DNA from: Raphidiopsis brookii D9
GTDB lineage: Bacteria; Cyanobacteriota; Cyanobacteriia; Cyanobacteriales; Nostocaceae
Assembly (NCBI GenBank): GCA_000175855.1
Contig: ACYB01000027.1
Location: 1 to 32,000, forward strand
Reading direction: 5' to 3'
Length of the DNA stretch: 32,000 bases
Shown: piece by piece, positions 9,386-20,460 of the stretch
Layout of the letters: every line of letters starts with the position of its first letter
How positions within the stretch are numbered: the stretch's first letter is position 1
Made by a program: the position numbers and the translations under genes
Notes under the pieces: generated by a model
The model's input: the letters and a program-made list of their open reading frames with translations, nothing else
Databases searched by the model: none
Told to the model about the DNA's origin: nothing

Positions 9386-10735
9386 TCATTGGGTTCTTAC
9401 GTCGTTCATTTTTAGAACATCATTTAAAATTTGCTCATTGTTATTATCTCGGAAATAAAAATAATTGTACAAACAGATGGATATCGATAACATTATCATT
9501 CCCTCTATAATCATCAAAAATCCAACACCTCGACCTGGACCTGTGGCAATTAATTTGCCAATACTATTGGCAAGTATGCCATTAACATGCAGCATGGGCT
9601 CTAAAAATTTATCCGTTAGTGGACTGGCACTAAGATTACCAATAGCCACACCTAAGCCCACAGAAGTATGTAGAAATGAAAGCACTCGCCCTTGCACATT
9701 TGGATCAACGCTATTTTGCCAAATCGCACTGTTGTATCCTAAAACTAGGGGTAGGGTAAAGAAGGTAATAAACATACCCAGAGCTATAATTGAAACAGAA
9801 GGTTGGAATCCGGAAATTATTAGACCAATACCATTGAATGCGCTAAAAATGAATAGGGTGGAAATAGGCTTTTTACTTCCGCCCCAAAAGGTCATAAATA
9901 AGCTCCCAAGAATCATTCCACAGCCAGCAATCGACATAACAATGCCAAAATTTTGAGGGGAAGAAAAGGACAAGATTAGGGGATTAATCAAAACATTAGT
10001 CATACCGTCTAAAAAGAAATACAGTGTCATAAACATCAGTAAAATAATCAAAAAAATTTGTGATGAAATATTTTGCCAACCATCCACAATTTCATGAATA
10101 ATGGTAGAAAAACCTAGCCTGGATTTGATACTTCTTTCTGGTTCAGGGATATGAATGATTAAAAGAGTAAACAAACCAATAAAATAGGTACATAGATCAA
10201 TTATCAACAAGCCTTTAATTTGGATAATAGCAATAAGTATGGCCGCTAAAATCGGTGCGCCCAGTTGTCCTATGGCTGTGCTAAGATGAACCAATCCGTT
10301 GGCTCTTACAAGGTCATCTTTTTTCACCATCATTGGTAGGGCCGATCCCTTAGAAATCATTTGAAAAGAACCACAAACGGATGTAAAAAATGCTGTTATG
10401 TAGGTATGCCAAATTTGTAAGTTATCTGTTGCAATAAGCACTATGAGTACTAGAGTTACGGTAGCTGCGGCTAGGTCACTAAAAATTATGGTCCATTTAC
10501 GATTCGACCTATCCACTAATGCACCAACAAAGGGCGTGATTACTACTCCAGGTAGGGTTGTAAAAAACACGATTAAACTCAATCCCGCAACTTCGTGGGT
10601 GTTTTGATAAACCCAGATACCCAAACCAAAACCTGTCAAACGATTCCCAATTTCTGACAAAGATTGCCCTAACCAGAAAATAATAAATCTACGTAATTCA
10701 CCTACTATTAGTACCAGGTTAGTAGCATAGTCCAT
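9386..10735 (-). CDS. MFS transporter (drug/siderophore efflux-like)
   Basis: 449 aa with about 12 hydrophobic segments and the MFS loop 'GALVDRSNRKWTIIFSD'. Confidence 0.85.
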   Translation of the reverse strand: MDYATNLVLIVGELRRFIIFWLGQSLSEIGNRLTGFGLGIWVYQNTHEVAGLSLIVFFTTLPGVVITPFVGALVDRSNRKWTIIFSDLAAATVTLVLIVLIATDNLQIWHTYITAFFTSVCGSFQMISKGSALPMMVKKDDLVRANGLVHLSTAIGQLGAPILAAILIAIIQIKGLLIIDLCTYFIGLFTLLIIHIPEPERSIKSRLGFSTIIHEIVDGWQNISSQIFLIILLMFMTLYFFLDGMTNVLINPLILSFSSPQNFGIVMSIAGCGMILGSLFMTFWGGSKKPISTLFIFSAFNGIGLIISGFQPSVSIIALGMFITFFTLPLVLGYNSAIWQNSVDPNVQGRVLSFLHTSVGLGVAIGNLSASPLTDKFLEPMLHVNGILANSIGKLIATGPGRGVGFLMIIEGMIMLSISICLYNYFYFRDNNNEQILNDVLKMNDVRTQ

Positions 10736-10830
10736 AGATTTTCCTGTTATCTCCCCTTCTTTATTACAATACTATTGCCAATTTTTCTGGGTTCTCCGAT
10801 CTGGGATGCGCTATCCCGTTTAGGTTAGTA

Positions 10831-11859
10831 TTATTCTCGTGGTAGTGCATTAGCAACTACGACCATATCAATTAAATGTAATTTTTTTAATGTTTCATTT
10901 TGATTTACCTGTTGTTCAAGTTCCAAGATTTCCTCTACACTCTCAATTGGTTTAATTGGTCGATAGAGCCGAGCTTGAATTTGGGGATATTCAATATATG
11001 TGCCACCTTCCATAGTTTTATGTGTATAAAACTGGGAGTGGTAAGCTTCCCATTTCTTGATGGTAAATAGGGGTGTTGTGGGCAGTTGATAAAGTGCTGA
11101 TTCCGACTTGAATTCCTCTAAAAATATTGGTTGTAATCTAGGATTAAAGGGATTATCTAGGATAGTTTCTAACATTTCAAAAGGTATATATCTAACTCCT
11201 AATCCTGCACCTAAACCATTCTTACAAATTTTGGCAAATTCCGAGCGCGTAATTAAAACATGTTGATGAGCAAACTCCTTCTGGGCACGGATATGATAGA
11301 GGACGGGAGATTTACAAGCAAATATCACTAAAGAACCATTTGGCTTAAGGAAATTATAAAAAGCCGCAATACTTTCTTGGATAACATCTAAACAAATATG
11401 CTCAAAAATGTGGGAACAAACGATCAGGTCAAAAGGCCCATATTGGGCAATATCTGGACTTTGCATCACTTCATTGACAACATGGACTTTCTCACTATTG
11501 AGATGTGATGTATAAGCCAATAAGTTATTGTATTCCTGAGTTAGCCAAAAACCGTCATCTTTTAATTTTTTCAATAGTTCCTGATCATCATTCAGTAGAC
11601 ACTGAGCGACTAAGGAAGTGTGTAGAAATCTCCGGTGGTCAGGTTCGACTAAAACAATCTTTTTGGCTGTCCAAAAACGCGGTAGTAATCTGCCCAGTCC
11701 ACACCCAGCATCCAGAATAACTGCATCAGGGGTAATCAAGTCTTGAATGTTGTTGGACCAAACTTCCTGATCTCTGGCTTTCCAGGCTTGATGAGTAATA
11801 TCTGTAACCCGCTGGTATGGGTCAACTGTTTCATACACTGTAGCAGTAATCTTTTCCAT
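10831..11859 (-). CDS. Class I SAM-dependent methyltransferase
   Basis: Motif I 'VILDAGCGLGRLLP', acidic motif 'IVLVEPD', and 'FDLIVCSHIFEHI...LKPNGSLVI'. Confidence 0.85.
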   Translation of the reverse strand: MEKITATVYETVDPYQRVTDITHQAWKARDQEVWSNNIQDLITPDAVILDAGCGLGRLLPRFWTAKKIVLVEPDHRRFLHTSLVAQCLLNDDQELLKKLKDDGFWLTQEYNNLLAYTSHLNSEKVHVVNEVMQSPDIAQYGPFDLIVCSHIFEHICLDVIQESIAAFYNFLKPNGSLVIFACKSPVLYHIRAQKEFAHQHVLITRSEFAKICKNGLGAGLGVRYIPFEMLETILDNPFNPRLQPIFLEEFKSESALYQLPTTPLFTIKKWEAYHSQFYTHKTMEGGTYIEYPQIQARLYRPIKPIESVEEILELEQQVNQNETLKKLHLIDMVVVANALPRE

Positions 11860-11957
11860 AATCTATACCTCAATAAAACTCCAAAAAAACTATTGGTAAT
11901 AGGTAATTACAACGATTATTGCCATTATAACACTGATATATAACATTGATAAAAGTG

Positions 11958-13352
11958 CTAACTTTCTCCCCCGACGACCACATCTCGAATCCTTAAACTA
12001 GGTCCACCACAACCTACGGGTAACCCATTCTGTCCCCCCTTACCACATCCACCAGATTCATCCCAGTGAAAATCATCCCCAATTCCTTCTATATCTGCTA
12101 AAGTCTGAAAAACATTGCCGGATAGGGTTACATCTTTTACCGGTTCCGCTATTGCTCCATTTCTAATCATCCATGCTTCACCTGCACTAAACGTAAACAT
12201 TTCTCCATTGGTCATTCCTCCTAACCAATTCCGTGCATATACTCCTTCTTTAATATCTGTAAATAAATCTACCACTGGTGTTTTACCTCTTTCTATCCAA
12301 GTGTTGGTCATCCGCACAATAGGGGAAAAATGATAGTCTAAACAACGAGCATTACCCGTGGGTTTTTCTCCCAATTTACCCGCAGTTTCACGGGAGTGCA
12401 AACGTCCTACTAATACCCCATCCTCAATTAATTGGGTGGTTGTGGCGGGCGTTCCCTCATCATCGTACAAATAACTACCCCGATGACCTGGAGATCCTGC
12501 ACCATCAAAAATTTGTAGTTCCTCTGGACCAAAACGTCTCCCCAAGGTCATCACTTCCAGTAAATCTGGATTCTCATAGGCCATGTCCGCTTCTGAAAGA
12601 TGACCGAAGGCTTCATGCACAAATAATCCTGTCAGTATGGGGTCAATAACTACAGTGTAGGTGTTACCTTTGACTGGTGGTAGAGATAAGGCCGTGACTG
12701 CTCTTTGGGCAGCTCCTTGTACTAAAGTGTCTAAATTGACTAAGTCATCATAATCTTTACGTGAACCTACTGTTTCTCTCCCAGTTTGTACTGTGTCCCC
12801 ATTCCTGGCTGTGGCAGCAAATCTCATTTCCATATCTACCCATGACTGCTCTATTAGGGTTCCTTCAGAAGTGGCAATTATTACTTTCTGACTACTATCG
12901 TTGTAACGAACGGATGTGGTCGTGATCCGAGAATCAACGCCCTTTAGTATTTCCCGGTAGCGATCGCATAATTGTTTTTTCTTTTTTAAAGGAACCGTGG
13001 ATGGGTCAATACCAGTTATGCCTAGTTTGTAAGTGGATTGAATAACAGGAATAGGAGCGAGAATGGTCTGTTCATCTCCGACTGTGCGTGCTGCGGAGAT
13101 AGCTTCTTGAATGCGTTCTTCAATATCGGCAATGTGGTTGAAGCTAGTTAAACCCCAACCACCTTTATGACAAGCCCGAACATGGGCACCCATGGAAACG
13201 CCTTCGCTAAGAGTTTCTACTTTATCACCTCGCAACAAGATATCGGTTCCCTCTGCTTCTTCCAGTCGAATCATTAAGTAGTCAACCTGATTTTTATAGC
13301 GAGCAATCAGGTAGTTAAGCAAATCATGGGTGTCCTTGGTTAGTCTAAACAT
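11958..13352 (-). CDS. tldD: TldD/PmbA family metalloprotease, TldD subunit
   Basis: 'LFVHEAFGHLSEADMAYENPDLLEVMTLGRRFGPEELQIFDG' (HExxxH), 'GGMTNGEMFTFSAGEAWMIRNG', and a conserved C-terminus. Confidence 0.93.
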   Translation of the reverse strand: MFRLTKDTHDLLNYLIARYKNQVDYLMIRLEEAEGTDILLRGDKVETLSEGVSMGAHVRACHKGGWGLTSFNHIADIEERIQEAISAARTVGDEQTILAPIPVIQSTYKLGITGIDPSTVPLKKKKQLCDRYREILKGVDSRITTTSVRYNDSSQKVIIATSEGTLIEQSWVDMEMRFAATARNGDTVQTGRETVGSRKDYDDLVNLDTLVQGAAQRAVTALSLPPVKGNTYTVVIDPILTGLFVHEAFGHLSEADMAYENPDLLEVMTLGRRFGPEELQIFDGAGSPGHRGSYLYDDEGTPATTTQLIEDGVLVGRLHSRETAGKLGEKPTGNARCLDYHFSPIVRMTNTWIERGKTPVVDLFTDIKEGVYARNWLGGMTNGEMFTFSAGEAWMIRNGAIAEPVKDVTLSGNVFQTLADIEGIGDDFHWDESGGCGKGGQNGLPVGCGGPSLRIRDVVVGGES

Positions 13353-13388
13353 CTTTCTAGTTTTGTTTATAAGCTTGGCTATAATTAT

Positions 13389-13827
13389 TCAACCATCTTG
13401 ATCACTGTTAGGTCTAAAAACATATTTTTCAGCCACCTTCCAATAACGGGAAAATCTTTTCAGGTCAAGAAAACCATCATAATCAAAAAAGGGTTCCACT
13501 GCTAATACTTCCAAATCTAAATGGGGGCGAATCAAATCGCAAATTTGTGCAAATTTGGGACTGGGGCTCTTAGTAGTGATAACTAAACCAGTATTGTTTT
13601 CTCTGGCAAATCTAATCACTTCCTGTGCTACATCTCCCCGACGAATTTCCACTGGTAACTCTATTAGACATTCATAAATGAAAGTTATTCTTTTTAAACT
13701 AAGTTGCCATTCTGCAATTAAAAGCATCATCCCAGACCCAAATTGCTGAACTACCAGGATATTTCTTGAAAGCAGGACTATGGGGACTTAAACAGTCTCC
13801 GTTAACCCAAACTATTGGTTGATTCAT
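13389..13827 (-). pseudogene. Conserved cyanobacterial protein, possibly photolyase N-terminal-like, interrupted by a 1-nt frameshift
   Basis: ORF 13389-13730 joins an upstream ATG at 13827 (MNQPIVWVNGDCLSPHSPAFKKYPGSSAIWVWDDA) if one base of the A4 run 13720-13723 is removed. Total 439 nt = 146 codons + 1. Confidence 0.65.
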
Positions 13828-13842
13828 ATTCAATTAAATATA

Positions 13843-14655
13843 CTAAATATATATATTTACTAATTCAGCGGTTTTGGATGGTGTCAACTCCTGAACATTG
13901 GTCAACAGTATATTTGCACCTGCTTGCAGCATAATTTTCTGATAAGCATCTCTACGGGATGGAGTTTCCTGAACATGGGGTGGTAAAACTCCTACAGATA
14001 CCCAGGTTCGAGAACTGTCCAAAATTTTGGCTTTGGCTACAGTGTGCATATCCGCTACTGTATCCCCTACATATATAACCGGTTGTTTTTTGTTTTGGTC
14101 TTGTTTGGCAATTTCTAAAAGATTAATGGTAGCGAAAAGTCCTGTAGGGTCAGGTTTACCAGGTGCATCTTCCATGGCGATTAAAACTGGAGATTTTAAA
14201 CCTAAGCGACGCTCCAACACATAACTAGCAGATCCACGAGTTGCACCACTAAAAAATCCCCAGCTGATATTTGCCTGGGTCAGGGACTCCAAATAACTTG
14301 GTTCTAATAATAGGGGTTCATCACAAATATAACCATTCCAGTTTTCTGTGTCAGTACCGCGATAACGAGATTGAAAATAGGCAACAATGCTCTCATAATC
14401 TAATTGTAACTCTTCCCTTTGGTAACCCTGACTCACAAAATAACGGTAAATCAACTCTTGGGAACCCTCCCAATCATTGTTCCATATCCCCTCAGATTTG
14501 AGGTCGTCAATATCCGTAACCGTAGGACGATAGGCATAGTTAGTAAAATATTCTACTGTATCTGCCAAAGCACGGCGGTAAGAACCACTCACATCCCGAA
14601 TTACACCATCAATGTCAAAAACAATTATCATAATTAAGCTAAGAGCTAAATACAT
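13843..14655 (-). CDS. HAD family hydrolase, cyanobacterial TIGR01548-like
   Basis: 'IIVFDIDGVIRDVSGSYRRA', 'FFSGATRGSASYVLERRLG', 'APGKPDPTGL', 'VIYVGDTVADMHTV'. Confidence 0.85.
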   Translation of the reverse strand: MYLALSLIMIIVFDIDGVIRDVSGSYRRALADTVEYFTNYAYRPTVTDIDDLKSEGIWNNDWEGSQELIYRYFVSQGYQREELQLDYESIVAYFQSRYRGTDTENWNGYICDEPLLLEPSYLESLTQANISWGFFSGATRGSASYVLERRLGLKSPVLIAMEDAPGKPDPTGLFATINLLEIAKQDQNKKQPVIYVGDTVADMHTVAKAKILDSSRTWVSVGVLPPHVQETPSRRDAYQKIMLQAGANILLTNVQELTPSKTAELVNIYI

Positions 14656-14815
14656 TAAATCAAATTATTAGATTATCTGGCAACTTTGCACAAATGGGGA
14701 TCTTTGTCAAGACCAGATATTTGGGTGGAAACAAAAATATTGGCGTTGCAGAACATCTGATATTATGTATACGTAGCCAGGCGAAAACTATAAAATTAAA
14801 TTAAGGTGTGGAAAC

Positions 14816-15337
14816 ATGTTTAAAGTTTACCCTAAGCAGCTATTAACCTACTACTTCGAGGAACAATTTAGGTACTACCATTTGGTTTTTCTAGGGTTAC
14901 TAGCATTATCAGGAGTATACTCAATTAGCTACCTCAGGGGGCAAAATCAAGTTAAAAGTTCATTCAATCCTCCATCTGTACAGGTAGCTAAAGTGGTGAC
15001 AAACAGACCCAGTTCCATAAAGGTTGCCAGACCTGTCGTGAAGATCAATAAACAAAAAGCGGTCAAAGCTGTTTGGAATTTACGACAAGTACAACGGAAA
15101 GCCAAGGAGATTAAAACCCTTTCCCAGGGAGCTATTAATGTGGGTGTAGTTGTTAGCAGCTATCCAAAAATTAGTCAACCATTTTACACTGTCAAAGTGT
15201 TAGAAAATCACCCTGACAGCACCACCAGTCCGGTTTATTGGTTTCGAGTTTCCAGCTCTAATGGTGCAATTCAACCCCTAGATTTAGTAAGTAATAAATA
15301 CACAACTTTGGCAAACTGGAATCCCGATGGTATTTAA
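14816..15337 (+). CDS. Hypothetical protein with one N-terminal transmembrane segment
   Basis: 173-aa ORF with hydrophobic 'YYHLVFLGLLALSGVYSISYL' and a non-overlapping gene context. Confidence 0.65.
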   Translation: MFKVYPKQLLTYYFEEQFRYYHLVFLGLLALSGVYSISYLRGQNQVKSSFNPPSVQVAKVVTNRPSSIKVARPVVKINKQKAVKAVWNLRQVQRKAKEIKTLSQGAINVGVVVSSYPKISQPFYTVKVLENHPDSTTSPVYWFRVSSSNGAIQPLDLVSNKYTTLANWNPDGI

Positions 15338-15341
15338 CTAA

Positions 15342-16132
15342 CTAATTCCTGACCACTTTCAGCCTTTGAGTAATCATGGTAACACCATCATCGCGAACGA
15401 TGACGGCAGAAATCCATTGGTTTACTGGTTGTAAGGGAGCAGTGCCAGTTTTAAATAACCCCCCGTACTAAGTAATTCCAAGTTTATTGGTGTAGGATTA
15501 AGATACTTATTAGGTTTAATAGTTTCTTCCATAGCGGTTCCCAGGAGGAAGTTATTACCTAATGGCTCCTTTACAATGGCATCAAAAGCATATTTTTCAC
15601 CCACCTTCACTTGTTGTGGTAACCTAAATTCCACCTGGGGAGGTTTTTTACCCGATGTCATTTGAGTTCGTTCTGACAAAATTTCTTGATGGGTAATTTG
15701 TGTACCCCTAATGTGCTGTCTTGAAGTGATAGCTGCATTTATGGCAAGAGGACTAGTCTTGTCGGAGGATAGACCCGTAATCCGGGTTACAGTTTCTGCA
15801 ATGATAGTCTTACCATTTGACTTCCAGGATTGTAATTTTGTCTGATAGCTCAATTTAGGGTATCTTTGCCAAAAGGATTTTAAAGACTGCTCCATAGCTT
15901 GTCGAGTTAATCCATCCCCATGGGTAAATTTGGAACTATAAAATCCCATGACTCCCTTGATGTCACCACGACTGGAAGCAGCATCAATTTCAGCAATCAG
16001 CTTTTTCAGTTGGGGGGGTGCATTACCTGGGGTTGATGTTTGTGTTTGTGCGTATGCACAACTAACTATATCCAGACTCAACCAGAATGAGAACAAAGCA
16101 GTACTAAAGAGTAGTTTTTGGTTTGGGTGCAT
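15342..16132 (-). pseudogene. Secreted or periplasmic SnoaL/NTF2-like domain protein with a C-terminal 1-nt frameshift (ORF track shows 15422..16132)
   Basis: Signal peptide 'LLFSTALFSFWLSLDIVSCAYA' and 'IAEIDAASSRGDIKGVMGFYSSKFTHGDGLTR'. Restoring one C in the C6 run 15459-15464 extends it with 'STGGLFKTGTAPLQPVNQWISAVIVRDDGVTMITQRLKVVRN*'. Confidence 0.65.
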
Positions 16133-16368
16133 GAATAAACCAACAATTCAAATAAGTCTAGTGAGTTTAGTTAACAATAGCTAACAAGAGCTACTAATAA
16201 TAGTTTACTAAGTTGTCCGTGAGATGGGAAAATTCTGCGTTAAATAACAGGATATATTGCCATCCCTGTTGTATCCCATTGTAGGATCCAATTATAGGGT
16301 GCAATCAAAAAAAATGCAGTAACTACAAAAAAATCTCAGGAATAAACAGTATAACGGTATAAATTACT

Positions 16369-17487
16369 ATGGTAAACGGAAGGTTAAAACTATTAGTAGC
16401 TGCTAGTGGTACGGGTGGACATTTATTTCCAGCGATCGCTCTGGCCGAGAAATTGACGGAATATGATATCGAATGGTTAGGAGTACCCAATAGACTGGAA
16501 ACCCAGCTAGTGCCAAACCAATACCCCCTACATACTATCCCAGTGGAAGGTTTTCAGAAGGGTCTGAGTTTAGCTTCTTTAACTGTCATCTGGAAACTGG
16601 TCCGGTCCATTTTTTGGGTGAGACAGATTCTTCATCAAGGTCGGTTTCAAGGAGTATTCACTACAGGTGGCTATATCGCCAGTCCAGCTATTATTGCAGC
16701 TCGTTCCTTGGGGTTACCAGTTATTTTTCATGAGTCCAATGCTCTACCTGGAAAGGTGACCCGATTTTTCGGTTCCTATTGCACTAGAGTGGCTATAGGA
16801 TTTGACGTAACTACCAAATATTTACCCAATGCTAAAACTGTATGTGTTGGCACCCCCGTGCGATCGCAGTTTTTAAACCGCAAAGCCAATTCTCCACTAG
16901 AGTTACCCATACCCGATGAAGCACCCTTAATTGTAGTTTTTGGGGGTAGTCAGGGAGCAGTAGGGGTAAATCAATTGGTTAGACAAGCAGTAATTGCTTG
17001 GTGTAATGCAGGAGCTTATGTTGTCCACTTGACGGGAGATAAGGATCCTGATGCTAACAGTTTACAACACCCCCAATACATAGTTTTACCCTTCTATGAA
17101 AATATGGCAGGTTTGTTGGGTCGAGCTAATCTAGCTATTAGTCGTTCTGGAGCTGGGAGTTTAGCCGAGTTGGCAGTTTGTGGTACTCCTGCTATTTTAA
17201 TTCCCTATCCTTTTGCAGCGGAAGATCATCAATCCTATAATGCTGCTGTTTTTACCAAGGCTGGTGCTGCTTTAACTTTTCAACAATCAAAACTAACAGC
17301 AGTAATTTTACAGAACCAAGTTTTAGAACTATTAAAGTCGCCAACAATTTTACAAGGGATGAGTCATAGTGCTAAAGCTATAGCTGTTGTCGATAGTGCT
17401 GAGCAATTGGCTGAATTGGTGAGACAGATTTTCAGTTCCAACCACACCCAAACCAAGAGTTTAGAAAAACGAGAAATTTTCCACTGA
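16369..17487 (+). CDS. murG: UDP-N-acetylglucosamine--N-acetylmuramyl-(pentapeptide) pyrophosphoryl-undecaprenol N-acetylglucosamine transferase
   Basis: 'ASGTGGHLFPAIALAEKL', 'GGYIASPAIIAARSLGLPVIFHESNALPGKVTRF', 'FGGSQGAVGVN', 'ISRSGAGSLAELAVCGTPAILIPYPFAAEDHQSYNA'. Confidence 0.95.
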   Translation: MVNGRLKLLVAASGTGGHLFPAIALAEKLTEYDIEWLGVPNRLETQLVPNQYPLHTIPVEGFQKGLSLASLTVIWKLVRSIFWVRQILHQGRFQGVFTTGGYIASPAIIAARSLGLPVIFHESNALPGKVTRFFGSYCTRVAIGFDVTTKYLPNAKTVCVGTPVRSQFLNRKANSPLELPIPDEAPLIVVFGGSQGAVGVNQLVRQAVIAWCNAGAYVVHLTGDKDPDANSLQHPQYIVLPFYENMAGLLGRANLAISRSGAGSLAELAVCGTPAILIPYPFAAEDHQSYNAAVFTKAGAALTFQQSKLTAVILQNQVLELLKSPTILQGMSHSAKAIAVVDSAEQLAELVRQIFSSNHTQTKSLEKREIFH

Positions 17488-17583
17488 TTTTAACTCTTTA
17501 CTTCCCCACTAGTCAAGTTTTAGATTAGAATGAGGTATTGCAAACCATAGCAAGTTATAGCCGGATTTTCCCCGGAGGTACGA

Positions 17584-17883
17584 TTGACCAAATTTATCTT
17601 AAAAATTCTCTGGTTAGATGATAATGTGGCCTTAGCAGTGGACCAAGTTGTCGGTAAAGGTACTAGTCCCCTGACTAAATATTTCTTCTGGCCCCGTAAT
17701 GATGCTTGGGAAGAACTCAAGAAGGAGTTGGAATCCAAACACTGGATCAGTAATCCTGATCGCGTGGAATTACTGAACAAGGCCACAGAGGTGATTAATT
17801 ATTGGCAGGAAGAGGGTAAAAACCGCCCCATGTCTGAAGCACAGTTAAAGTTTCCCGAAGTTGCTTTCACTGGTAGCACTTGA
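17584..17883 (+). CDS. psrp-3: 30S ribosomal protein PSRP-3 / Ycf65
   Basis: '[53 protein letters not shown]...[16 protein letters not shown]'. TTG start. Confidence 0.92.
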   Translation: MTKFILKILWLDDNVALAVDQVVGKGTSPLTKYFFWPRNDAWEELKKELESKHWISNPDRVELLNKATEVINYWQEEGKNRPMSEAQLKFPEVAFTGST

Positions 17884-17952
17884 TTGCTCTCTCCGCCAAT
17901 TAAACCTGCATGATGGTTACTACCACCATGCAGTCTGTTGTTTATTTTATCC

Positions 17953-18366
17953 TCATACCATACCACCAGCAGCTTGGAAGCGAGCTCGAGCCCGTTTTAA
18001 TGCTGCCGTAGCCTGTATTTGGGCTTGCCTGTCTCCTCCTGCAACCTGGTTTAGTTTAGTTTGAGCTGCGTTAAACTCCGAACGAGCTTCCTCTAAATTA
18101 ATAGTGTCACCACGCTGAGCCCCATTTACCAGGATAGTTACTTCATCTTCTTCAACTTCCGCAAAACCACCTAAAAGAGCTATGGACTGCCAGTTGGCAT
18201 TTTTCTCTGCCCTTACACGCATTACACCTATGTCTAATGCGGTTAACATGGGAGCGTGACCACTTAGTACACCTAATTGACCAGTAGTGCTAGGGAGGAT
18301 TACCTCATCAGCAGGACCATCCCAGACGGTTTTATCTGGGGAAACTACACGAATGGTTAATGTCAT
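17953..18366 (-). CDS. atpC: F0F1 ATP synthase subunit epsilon
   Basis: '[52 protein letters not shown]'. The track start at 18405 adds 13 non-conserved residues, so internal ATG 18366 is preferred. Confidence 0.93.
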   Translation of the reverse strand: MTLTIRVVSPDKTVWDGPADEVILPSTTGQLGVLSGHAPMLTALDIGVMRVRAEKNANWQSIALLGGFAEVEEDEVTILVNGAQRGDTINLEEARSEFNAAQTKLNQVAGGDRQAQIQATAALKRARARFQAAGGMV

Positions 18367-18400
18367 CTGTCTGTTTTCCTTGATTATTTCTAATTTGTCA

Positions 18401-18432
18401 GTCACTAGTTGTTGAGACTAGTGACTAGTGAC
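18401..18432. repeat. Inverted repeat GTCACTAGT-7 nt-ACTAGTGAC followed by a TAGTGAC direct copy, in the atpD-atpC spacer
   Basis: Perfect 9-nt arms at 18401-18409 and 18417-18425; the 3' arm tail (TAGTGAC) is repeated at 18426-18432. Confidence 0.8.
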
Positions 18433-18437
18433 AATGA

Positions 18438-19916
<1,479 letters not shown>

Positions 19917-20040
19917 TCAAGTTGGTCTTCAAAGACCACAAGATCAAGCAATATCATCTTTTAGGTTAGCACTTAACGATCCCATCTTTGCTCTAAATTC
20001 ATCATTTGCCAAGAATTTCCTTTGGAGCAAATTTCTTCTC

Positions 20041-20460
20041 CTATTTCTTGGTCGCTATGGCCAATTTCACCCCTTCCACTTGTCTTATTTGATCCATTAC
20101 CGCTACTACCTGCCCATGACTAACGGATTTGTCTGCATTAATTACTACAATTAATGGCTTTGATGGTTTCCTTTGTGATTTTACTTCTTTTGACAACTGC
20201 TGTAAATTAATTTTTTGTTGATTCAAAAAAATCTGGCCCTGGGGATTAATTGTCACTGTTATTTGCGGAGGGGGACCAGTTTGGGTTGTTCCCCCTTGAG
20301 GCAAATTTACAGGTAAGCTATTGAAACGGGTCAAGTATAAAGATGACATGATAAAAAAAGTCAAGATTGCGAATATAACATCAATCATGGGCACAATATT
20401 AATTTGTGCTGGTATATCCGGTTCATCTGGTAGACGCATAGGATTTATCTCCCCGTTCAT
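20041..20460 (-). CDS. exbD: ExbD/TolR family biopolymer transporter
   Basis: 'INIVPMIDVIFAILTFFIMSSLYL' and 'LPQGGTTQTGPPPQITVTINPQGQIFLNQ'. Confidence 0.9.
   Translation of the reverse strand: MNGEINPMRLPDEPDIPAQINIVPMIDVIFAILTFFIMSSLYLTRFNSLPVNLPQGGTTQTGPPPQITVTINPQGQIFLNQQKINLQQLSKEVKSQRKPSKPLIVVINADKSVSHGQVVAVMDQIRQVEGVKLAIATKK

Noticed and set aside
7465-14637. Small plus-strand ORFs opposite GH13, MFS, methyltransferase, tldD and HAD genes
   Set aside because: Antisense shadows of well-supported genes.
17520-17786. ORF 17520..17786 (-)
   Set aside because: Antisense to the well-recognised PSRP-3 gene.
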